In this document: positions 46,184-53,247 of the stretch, in pieces
How the letters are laid out: each line of letters starts with the position of its first letter
Position numbering within the stretch: the first letter of the stretch is position 1
Assembly (NCBI GenBank): GCA_011390345.1
Contig: JAABSP010000006.1
Location: 35,108 to 99,107 of the forward strand
Length of the DNA stretch: 64,000 bases
Source of the DNA: Desulfobacteraceae bacterium
Lineage (GTDB): Bacteria > Desulfobacterota > Desulfobacteria > Desulfobacterales > JAABSP01
Direction of reading: 5' to 3'
Position numbers and translations under genes: made by a program
The notes under the pieces: generated by a model
Databases searched by the model: none
What the model saw: the letters and a program-made list of their open reading frames with translations, nothing else
Told to the model about the DNA's origin: nothing

Positions 46184-46620
46184 TATCCGGGAAGGGACGG
46201 ATCTTCTTTCTGGTCTTGATCCCCCCGATCTCCGGAGGGATCATCGACCCCAAAGGCGCTGAAAAGAGACCGGATCAGCTCGATCATATCGTCTGAGGTT
46301 CCGCTCCCTTTGGAAATGAACTCGTCGGCGCCGAACTGGAGTGCCGCCTTTTTGTATTCCGGAAAATCATAATTGGAATTGACAATGATCCCGATATCCG
46401 GATATCTCTTTTTAATTGTCTGGGTCAATTGCAGCCCGTTCTCTCCGGGAAGTTTGATATCCATCAGGATCAGATCCGGCGGCTGGTTTTCGATGGCTGC
46501 GAGGGCCTCTTTGCCATTCGATGCTGTGGAAACTATGATCTCTTTCAGTTTTGTTGTCAGCATCTCATGAAGAATCTTCACCAGTGCAGGATTATCTTCG
46601 ATAATAAGAATCGATGCCAT
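46183..46620 (-). CDS. Single-domain response regulator (CheY-like receiver)
   Basis: ILIIEDNPALVKIL...PDLILMDIKLPGENGL...GADEFISKG. Confidence 0.85.
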   Translation of the reverse strand: MASILIIEDNPALVKILHEMLTTKLKEIIVSTASNGKEALAAIENQPPDLILMDIKLPGENGLQLTQTIKKRYPDIGIIVNSNYDFPEYKKAALQFGADEFISKGSGTSDDMIELIRSLFSAFGVDDPSGDRGDQDQKEDPSLPG

Positions 46621-46823
46621 TTTGTACCTTTATGTAAAACATACATCAGCCGCAAAAGCTGTAAATATCACTTTACTGGATGGGGAAAAAGTGGTATATA
46701 CTTATTTCACTGTATTTTAGAAGTGGTGATACAGTAGATCCAAACGATGTCAGCCACTCGCCGAAGCATGAAATGAATGGTAAAGCATTGCCGGCGACAT
46801 CATCTTTCCAGAGGAGTTAGGCT

Positions 46824-47477
46824 ATGGAGAAAAAGACCATCGTTATCGCCGAGGATCATACGATCCTTAGAGAGGGATTGCGCTCTCTGCTGAGTGGTGA
46901 TGACGAATTCAAGGTAGTCGGTGAAGCCGAAGACGGGCTTGAAGCCGTACGCTCTGCTTCGAGCTTGACCCCGGATCTGATTCTTCTTGACTTGGCCATG
47001 CCCAAGATGAACGGGATTGCCGCGATCAAGGAGATCAAGAAACAGACCCCCCAAACCAAGGTTCTGGCACTCACCATCCACAAGTCCGAAGAGTATATCC
47101 TCGAAGCCTTCCAGTCGGGCGCGGACGGATATTGCCTCAAGGACTCCACCCATTACGAGCTGCTCATGGCCATCCGAAGCGTCCTTTCGGGCAAGACCTA
47201 TTTGAGCCCGGACATTTCAGAGAAGGTGCTCACCGGGTATCTCGAGGGGAAGAAGAGCATCAAGACGAGTACCTCCTGGGATTCGCTGACCCAGCGGGAG
47301 CGGGAGATTTTAAAGCTCATCGGCGAGGGCTACAAGAACAAGGAGATCTCAGACTATCTCTGCATCAGCGTCAAGACTGTGGAGAAGCACCGGGCCAACC
47401 TGATGAAGAAGCTCGATCTTCATAATGTCTCGGCCCTGACGGCCTATTCCATTGAAAAGGGGCTCGTCATCAAGTAG
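46824..47477 (+). CDS. NarL/FixJ (LuxR-type HTH) response regulator
   Basis: REC domain (IVIAEDHTILREGL...PDLILLDLAMPKMNG) plus the HTH LTQREREILKLIGEGYKNKEISDYLCISVKTVEKHRANLMKKL. Confidence 0.9.
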   Translation: MEKKTIVIAEDHTILREGLRSLLSGDDEFKVVGEAEDGLEAVRSASSLTPDLILLDLAMPKMNGIAAIKEIKKQTPQTKVLALTIHKSEEYILEAFQSGADGYCLKDSTHYELLMAIRSVLSGKTYLSPDISEKVLTGYLEGKKSIKTSTSWDSLTQREREILKLIGEGYKNKEISDYLCISVKTVEKHRANLMKKLDLHNVSALTAYSIEKGLVIK

Positions 47478-47653
47478 CAAGTCTTTTCAAGACAAAAACT
47501 CCCCGAACAGCATCCCTGCGGATGTCACCATTCGTCTGAATCTGAGCGGGGAGCAGTTGCCTTTCGCTTTAACTGCCTTTAACTATACCTGCCTTTAAAA
47601 AGTCGTCCTGTCTTTAAAAAATCAAACGAGATCCAGGTCGATCCGGCAGATGC

Positions 47654-48229
47654 TTATTCGTAGGCCGACCGGAACCAGCCGCTCTGCTTGTTGATCTGGA
47701 TTTTGTCCACCAGATCGCCCTTTTGGGTGACCACTTGGGCCTCGAAGAATTCCTCCTTCTCCGTCACATCCCCCACCTTCAGGCTGGGCATGGAGCGGAG
47801 GTAATCCTTGACCAGGAGGGTGGCCTTCTCTTTGGTGAAGCTCTCTTCGTAGGGCTGTTCCTGGGGATTGCCGTAGCCGTACCGTTGTCCTTGGGGATAT
47901 CCGCGGCCGTTCTGGTCAGAATATCCGCGGTTCATCATTCCCGGTCCCATACCGCGGCCCATCATCCCGGGTCCCATACCCCGGCCCTGATGGTATCCTC
48001 TCATTCCGCGGCCCATGTCTCTGCCGCCATAGCCTTGCTGCATGCCCTCTCCGCACCAGGGGCAGTACCAGCCCTGACCCGGATCATAATCATCGTAATA
48101 GCCTCCCTGCTGCCCCTGCTGATCCATCATGGGGCCGCCGTACCCCTGCTGCTGGGCATAGAGGTTTCCATGGCCGATGACCATCAGGCCGAGTGACAGA
48201 ATCGCTGCTGCAAATAGGACTTTCTTCAT
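47654..48229 (-). CDS. Secreted Gly/Gln/Met/Tyr/Arg-rich protein with CPWC motif and PepSY-like C-terminal domain
   Basis: I moved the start to MKKVLFAAAILSLGLMVIGHGNLYA (48229) after AAGGAG. The low-complexity region contains GWYCPWCGEG and RGMGPGMM repeats. The C-terminal approx. 65 aa are a paralog of the C-terminus of the upstream gene (shared ...GWFRSAY). Confidence 0.7.
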   Translation of the reverse strand: MKKVLFAAAILSLGLMVIGHGNLYAQQQGYGGPMMDQQGQQGGYYDDYDPGQGWYCPWCGEGMQQGYGGRDMGRGMRGYHQGRGMGPGMMGRGMGPGMMNRGYSDQNGRGYPQGQRYGYGNPQEQPYEESFTKEKATLLVKDYLRSMPSLKVGDVTEKEEFFEAQVVTQKGDLVDKIQINKQSGWFRSAYE

Positions 48230-48259
48230 TTTTCTTTCTCCTTTCATTCGTTTTTTCAT

Positions 48260-49186
48260 TTATGAAGTCGTGTCTGTTCCCGTTTCCTGTTGATCCGTCT
48301 CCTGCTCTTCATTTTGATTTTGATCGGCAGGGGCGTCATAGGCCGAGCGGAACCATCCGTGGTTCTTGTCCACCTGAATCCGATGCACGGTCTCGCCGCC
48401 CTGAGTGGTCACTTCCACCACAAAGTAGTTCCCCTCTTCGGTGACAGCGCCCATCTTCAGGTTCGGGTTCTTCTCCACATTGAGATGAACCTTCACCTGT
48501 TCCACGGCTTCATCCGAAGTCAGGGATCTCTTTTTGAGGGTAGCCATCATGCCGCTATGCATCATGGAGGGGCACTTTCCGCCCATACCCTTACGATTGC
48601 GGTTCATCATTCCCATTCCCATGCCGCCTTGGCCCATCATACGGCCGCGCATTCCGTCTTGACCCATCATGCCGCTGCGCATCATCTTGGGGCACATCTT
48701 ACCCATTCCACCTTGACCCATTCCGCCTTGGCCCATCATACCCATTCCACCTTGACCCATTCCGCCTCGACCCATCATACCCATTCCGCCTCGACTCATC
48801 ATGCCGCAGCGCATCATCATGGGGCACATCATCATGGGGCACATCATACCCATGCCGCCTTGGCCTTGTCCCATCATCCGGGGATTCATCATCCCCATTC
48901 CCATACCCCCTTGGCCTTGGCCCATCATTCGGGGATTCATCATCCCCATTCCCATGCCGCCTTGGCCTTGGCCCATCATCTGAGGATTCATCATCCCCAT
49001 TCTTCCCTGACCCATCATCGAACCGCCATACTCCTGTTGGGATTGGGGCATATTTCTGTCGTCTTCCCCTTCAGGGGCCATCCCCATTCCATGTTGGCTC
49101 ATTCCCTGCTGCTGTGCATATGCAAGGGTGCCGGCCAGGAGGAGCGCCAGCGCGATAACGATTGTCGTCAGTCCTTTCCTTTTCAT
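48260..49186 (-). CDS. Secreted hyper-methionine-rich protein with MCP motifs and PepSY-like C-terminal domain
   Basis: Signal MKRKGLTTIVIALALLLAGTLAYA with an AAGGAG RBS. The central approx. 190 aa consist of MGQGGMGMGMMNPRMM-type repeats plus MMCPMMMCPMMMRCGMM, KMCPKMM and GKCPSMM. The C-terminus is EAVEQVKVHL...YFVVEVTTQGGETVHRIQVDKNHGWFRSAYD. Confidence 0.75.
   Translation of the reverse strand: MKRKGLTTIVIALALLLAGTLAYAQQQGMSQHGMGMAPEGEDDRNMPQSQQEYGGSMMGQGRMGMMNPQMMGQGQGGMGMGMMNPRMMGQGQGGMGMGMMNPRMMGQGQGGMGMMCPMMMCPMMMRCGMMSRGGMGMMGRGGMGQGGMGMMGQGGMGQGGMGKMCPKMMRSGMMGQDGMRGRMMGQGGMGMGMMNRNRKGMGGKCPSMMHSGMMATLKKRSLTSDEAVEQVKVHLNVEKNPNLKMGAVTEEGNYFVVEVTTQGGETVHRIQVDKNHGWFRSAYDAPADQNQNEEQETDQQETGTDTTS
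48870..49002. repeat. 51-bp tandem repeat (about 2.6 units) inside the Met-rich gene
   Basis: Units at 48870-48920, 48921-48971 and 48972-49002, read directly from the sequence. They encode MGMGMMNPRMMGQGQGG units. Confidence 0.9.
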
Positions 49187-49200
49187 GATCCATTCTCCTT

Positions 49201-49257
49201 TCGTTTGTTTGATTCGTTCTCGTTTGTTTGATTCGTTCTCGTTTGTTTGATTCGATC
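49201..49257. repeat. 3 x 19-bp direct repeat TCGTTTGTTTGATTCG(T/A)TC in the intergenic leader of the Met-rich gene
   Basis: Units at 49201, 49220 and 49239. On the coding (minus) strand it reads GA(A/T)CGAATCAAACAAACGA x3 and ends about 5 nt before the AAGGAG RBS. Confidence 0.9.
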
Positions 49258-49273
49258 ATTTTCAGGCTGCCGA

Positions 49274-49861
49274 TTATTCCGATGGCGAAGAGCTGCTTTC
49301 CCCATGACCCTGCCGGAATTCCACAACCCGCATCCGTTCTCCCCACACTTTGCCGATGCCCCATGCACAGAACCCGAAGCCGATGGCCAGCACTCCCACT
49401 GCAATGGCATAGCTGCCGAAGAGGTCGGTCAGGGTGATCTGGCCCACATTGGTGGGATCATACAGAAGGGGAATCAGCACCTCGTGGAAGTGGGCAAAGA
49501 GCAGGGTTCCGGCAAGTCCGCCGATCAGCGCGAATACCGCATCCATCCTTCCCTCTCCGGCCGCTGCCCATGTGGTTCCGGGGCAATACCCCGCGATCCC
49601 CCAGCCGATCCCGAAGATCACCGCAGCAAGACCGGTGGCCACAAGGCTTGTGGGCAGCACCAGGGTTCTGCCTATGCCGACGGCCTGGAGCCCGAAAAGC
49701 CCCAGCGCAGAGAGGGCCGTCGCCAGAACCATGAACCTAGGGATGTCCGAATCCAGCATAAGGTGGGATCGGGCCATCCTGTGGGCATCGGTCGCGCCGA
49801 TCCGCTGGATCACATATCCGAAGGCAATGCCGGAGAAAAGGCCGAGCCATACTTTTGTCAT
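49274..49861 (-). CDS. YeeE/YedE-family sulfur-compound transporter half (Sulf_transp)
   Basis: 195-aa polytopic protein with the conserved Cys motif GIAGYCPGT. Confidence 0.8.
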   Translation of the reverse strand: MTKVWLGLFSGIAFGYVIQRIGATDAHRMARSHLMLDSDIPRFMVLATALSALGLFGLQAVGIGRTLVLPTSLVATGLAAVIFGIGWGIAGYCPGTTWAAAGEGRMDAVFALIGGLAGTLLFAHFHEVLIPLLYDPTNVGQITLTDLFGSYAIAVGVLAIGFGFCAWGIGKVWGERMRVVEFRQGHGESSSSPSE

Positions 49862-49873
49862 AAAATCTTCTCC

Positions 49874-50443
49874 TTATTCGATATCATCCATCGTTTCCGT
49901 TCTTTCCATCTTTCCGAAGATGAGCCGGGCCGTCAGCATGGCAACGCCGAAGATGATGACCCCGAAATAGAGGCCGCTGACCGCAAGCTGGGTCGATCCG
50001 GAGATGAAAAGCCCCAACGTGCATCCGCCCGCAAGCCGGGAGCCTAAGAGGATCAGGAAGCCGCCCAGAAAGGTCGCGGCATACCGTTTGATCCGGCTGG
50101 GCCCGAAACGCTTCTCCCAGATGGGCGGCATGTCCCGCACCGGAATCCGCTTCGATGTCCGGCCCGCGATGAATCCGCCGATGGCCATGCCGAGGACAAA
50201 AGCCATGAGCCATGAGCCGGGGCCCGGAATGGCCTGATAATGTGTCTTGTCTGCGATATATTCCGGCGCTGCGGCCTGAAAGAAGCCCTTCAGCACGCTG
50301 ACGAATCCGCTGGAGGAGGCCGGAGGGCCGAAGGTGGCAAAGATGAAGACGATGATCCCGGCCAGTGCAAAGGATGTGGGAATCCATCTCCAGTAAGGGG
50401 GTGTTGTCTGATCCTGTTCCGCCATTGTTTTCATCCTCCGCAT
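49874..50443 (-). CDS. YeeE/YedE-family sulfur-compound transporter half (Sulf_transp)
   Basis: 189-aa polytopic protein with the conserved motif RLAGGCTLG. Its start region overlaps the rhodanese stop. Alternative starts exist at 50434 and 50425. Confidence 0.8.
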   Translation of the reverse strand: MRRMKTMAEQDQTTPPYWRWIPTSFALAGIIVFIFATFGPPASSSGFVSVLKGFFQAAAPEYIADKTHYQAIPGPGSWLMAFVLGMAIGGFIAGRTSKRIPVRDMPPIWEKRFGPSRIKRYAATFLGGFLILLGSRLAGGCTLGLFISGSTQLAVSGLYFGVIIFGVAMLTARLIFGKMERTETMDDIE

Positions 50444-51549
50444 GAGACATAACCGCTCTTGGATCCGCCGGAACCGGACCCGGCCGATGAAGCGCCGGAA
50501 CGATCCGTGGATGTGCCCCCGGAACCGCCGCCCAGAGATGGTCTTCCGGATGTGCCGACGCCTCCGGAGGCGCCCGGCAGCGCATCTCCTTTCAGCAGGT
50601 TCTCCCGGGTCTCAACCGGGTAGAAATACTTCCCGTTCCCCCATTCGTTCCAGGAGGGCTCGTAGATCATCACATCGTCGAAGCCCATCAGCCGGAGAAT
50701 GAAGTAGGAAAAGGAACTCCGTCGGCCCGAATGGCAGTAGGTGACCACGGCCCGGTTCGGATCGAGCCCCCGGTAGAGCTGCTGTAGCTCGGCATAGGAT
50801 TTCAGATTTTTGGTATCCGGATCGGCCCAGTTGAGCGTATAATCAACATTGTAGGCACTGGGCATGTGCCCCAGTTTGAGCACCTGCCCGTCCAGCCCCA
50901 CGTTCGGGGTCTGGCCCAGATACTCGGCTTTGGATCGGACATCCAGGATCTGGTAATAGGGATCTTTCAACCGGTTCATGAGAAAGGCCGCATCCGCGCT
51001 CTTCCGCAGATCGATCTGATCTGCCGGGGCCTGGTAGAGTACAGCCTCCCGCTCTGCCGGTTCCGCTGCCGCGTCGCCGCCCGCGTCGATCCAGCCCTCG
51101 ACGCCCCGCTCCAGCACCTTCTTCTTCTCATGCCCCAGCAGATCCAGCACCCAGAAGAGATAGGAGCTGGTGGCCCCGCCGTCCCGCTTCAGATCGTCGT
51201 ATAGCACTACGGTATCGTTTCTGCCGATGCCGTGCTCCCCAAGAATCTCCTGTGCCCGCTCCGTCCCCACGAACCGGCCCCCGATATTGGCGGCCGCATC
51301 ATTGTACTGAAACTGCCGCCAAGGCATGCGGATCGCGCCGGGAATCAGGTTGTCGTCGAAATGCTTGTCTGTCCTCACATCCACGATCACCAAACCCGAA
51401 TCGTCTGCATGATCCTGCAGCCATTGGGCAGTGGCCAGAAAATCGGCATTGGGATAGCCGGTCTCCCCGGCCTTCTGTGCCTCGGCCAGGGACCAGTAGA
51501 CGCCCAGGATCAGCAGAACCGCAATGATTCCGTATCGCAGCATCTTCAT
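50431..51549 (-). CDS. Periplasmic tandem-rhodanese sulfurtransferase with Gly/Ser-rich C-terminal arm ending in SCGG
   Basis: Signal MKMLRYGIIAVLLILGVYWSLAEA. The N-terminal rhodanese is inactive (Asp at the loop). The C-terminal domain is active with YCHSGRRSS. A 48-aa tail ...GSGSGGSKSGYVSCGG follows. Confidence 0.85.
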   Translation of the reverse strand: MKMLRYGIIAVLLILGVYWSLAEAQKAGETGYPNADFLATAQWLQDHADDSGLVIVDVRTDKHFDDNLIPGAIRMPWRQFQYNDAAANIGGRFVGTERAQEILGEHGIGRNDTVVLYDDLKRDGGATSSYLFWVLDLLGHEKKKVLERGVEGWIDAGGDAAAEPAEREAVLYQAPADQIDLRKSADAAFLMNRLKDPYYQILDVRSKAEYLGQTPNVGLDGQVLKLGHMPSAYNVDYTLNWADPDTKNLKSYAELQQLYRGLDPNRAVVTYCHSGRRSSFSYFILRLMGFDDVMIYEPSWNEWGNGKYFYPVETRENLLKGDALPGASGGVGTSGRPSLGGGSGGTSTDRSGASSAGSGSGGSKSGYVSCGG

Positions 51550-51612
51550 TGTCTAAGGCTCCTCCTTTTGATTGAATGTGGATTGATGGAATTTGAGATG
51601 CGCCCGATCAAT

Positions 51613-52311
51613 TCAATGGCCTTCTTCCTCTGCATGGGGGCCGCCATCCTCATCACCTTCTTCGGATGCCGGCATCGGCTGTGTCAGCCCCCCGGTTTCG
51701 GCCGAACCATTGGAATGTCCATGTTCCGGCCCCTGAGTCTCCTCCTCGATTTCTGCGCGGCCATCTCCTTGGCCGCCCCCGCCATGATGCTCCTTCACCT
51801 CGGTGGATATCCCGGCCTTTCGGAGCAGATCCTTGTAGCCCGAGTCGTTCAGCTCCGGCATGCGCCGCACCAGCCCTGCCAGCCCCTGGATCTCCTCTTT
51901 GCTGTGGGTGGGGGAGAAGGCCGGCATCCCCGACATCTTGATGCCGTGTTCGATGATCCAGAAGATGTCCGCATCGGACCATTTCTGCTGATGGGATCTT
52001 TCGGCCAGATCCGGGGGGCTGGGGTAGAGGCCCTGGGCGAATTCGTTCCGGGGATAGCCGGGCGCGCTGTGGCAGAGGCGGCACATGGAGTGGAAATGGT
52101 CGATATAGGCTTCTGCTGCCTCGGGTGTTTCCGGCAGGGGATTGACCACGGAATCGCTCTGCTGCTTGATGGAATTCTCCGTCACCATCCCGATGAATTT
52201 ATAAGTGACATCCCAGTGCTCCTGCGTCGCGGCGATGTTGTACATCCCGGACCATGCATAGAGAAAGGCCGCTCCCATAACCAGAATAACGATGATCAGC
52301 AGTGTTCTCAT
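51613..52311 (-). CDS. Membrane-anchored monoheme cytochrome c with His/Gly/Glu-rich C-terminal tail
   Basis: N-terminal TM segment. One CXXCH (CRLCH). Distal Met region HGIKMSGMPAF. The tail is EHHGGGGQGDG...GPEHGHSNG...GGPHAEEEGH. Confidence 0.75.
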   Translation of the reverse strand: MRTLLIIVILVMGAAFLYAWSGMYNIAATQEHWDVTYKFIGMVTENSIKQQSDSVVNPLPETPEAAEAYIDHFHSMCRLCHSAPGYPRNEFAQGLYPSPPDLAERSHQQKWSDADIFWIIEHGIKMSGMPAFSPTHSKEEIQGLAGLVRRMPELNDSGYKDLLRKAGISTEVKEHHGGGGQGDGRAEIEEETQGPEHGHSNGSAETGGLTQPMPASEEGDEDGGPHAEEEGH

Positions 52312-52341
52312 GGAGATTCTCCCTTTATGGAATTGATGGTG

Positions 52342-53001
52342 TCAGCCCGATGGTTGGGGCCCGCGGTCGAATTCGATGATCCGGGCAAATTTCGTATCCA
52401 CCCCCGGTTTTACCTGGTGGTAGAGCGGACTTTTAGCGCCAACCCTTCCGCCCATATCATAGGTGAAGGTCGAGGTTGCCACATGGCGGAGCCAGTAGCC
52501 GGTCCATACATGGCCTCCGGCATCATGGCAGGAGTGGAAGTGCAGATACTCTTCCTTGGGTTCGGGACGCGCATTGCGCCAGGCTTCCGGCGCATCCGGA
52601 AAAAAGATCGGGTTGATCCGCAGGCTTTCGGGAATCGCGACATCCTTTTTCTCTAAGGTCTGTAGCACCGCATCCCCTTCAAAGAGCTTCGCGTTTTCCG
52701 GCATATCCGAAGAATAGAAGCCCCTTTCATTGAAGCATACGAACCGGAGGCGGGTCAGATCCTTTGGGTTTTCGGGCTTGAAATAGTAGCCCACAAAGGG
52801 GCCGAAGCGGATCAACCTGCCGTCGGTCTCGATTTCGAGCTGATGGAGGTATCCGTGGGGGATTTCAAGGGGCACGGGATCTGTCGTTTCTTCCGCAGGA
52901 GCGGTGCATCCCGCCAATGCAAACCCGATCAGCATGATTTTGACCGGTATTCCGAAGCGGGGATATCTCGCCATGTTTAAAAGAAAATGGATCGGTTTCA
53001 T
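52342..53001 (-). CDS. Hypothetical lipoprotein
   Basis: Lipobox IMLIGFALAGC after candidate starts at 53001 or 52974. It contains HFHSCHDAGGH. I recognise no family. The track ORF (to 53217) probably over-extends into the copA promoter region. Confidence 0.5.
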   Translation of the reverse strand: MKPIHFLLNMARYPRFGIPVKIMLIGFALAGCTAPAEETTDPVPLEIPHGYLHQLEIETDGRLIRFGPFVGYYFKPENPKDLTRLRFVCFNERGFYSSDMPENAKLFEGDAVLQTLEKKDVAIPESLRINPIFFPDAPEAWRNARPEPKEEYLHFHSCHDAGGHVWTGYWLRHVATSTFTYDMGGRVGAKSPLYHQVKPGVDTKFARIIEFDRGPQPSG

Positions 53002-53172
53002 CAGTCCATTACGGCTCATCTCTATGTATTGTCCGATATTCGGCAGCAAGGCAGCAAGTTCATAATATACCATTATATCGGATGTACCTTTCTTTACAAT
53101 CAGGTAAAGACTGTATTTTTCCTTGGACTCGCTTAATTTTTTGAAAGCATTCGGCATATTTTTTACTGAAAT

Positions 53173-53201
53173 TTGAAAACAGAAGCGGAAAGGGCTATAA
53201 T
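53173..53201 (+). promoter_or_regulatory. Sigma70-like promoter upstream of copA
   Basis: TTGAAA (53173-53178), a 17-nt spacer and TATAAT (53196-53201), 47 nt upstream of the copA ATG. GAAGGAGG RBS. Confidence 0.5.
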
Positions 53202-53247
53202 ATAAAAAAGCAGGCATGATGATTCACTCCCATGAAGGAGGCATGAG

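Noticed and set aside
47481-47563. Hairpins between the convergent NarL-type regulator gene and the Met-rich operon: GTCTT-TTC-AAGAC, CATCC-CTGC-GGATG and CTCCCCG…CGGGGAG.
   Set aside because: The stems are short (5-7 bp) and have no properly placed U-tracts on either strand. The evidence is too weak to call terminators.
48290-49231. A 313-aa plus-strand ORF that is strikingly His-rich (…HHTHSASTHHAAAHHHGAHHHGAHH…) and could pass for a metal-binding protein.
   Set aside because: It is the mirror image of the Met-rich gene, because ATG codons read as CAT (His) on the other strand. It has no signal peptide or RBS, and its N-terminus looks like antisense noise. The minus-strand ORF has an AAGGAG RBS, a clean signal peptide, a folded C-terminal domain shared with the neighbouring paralog, and matches the operon direction. 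The same reasoning rejects 47723..48196 (+).
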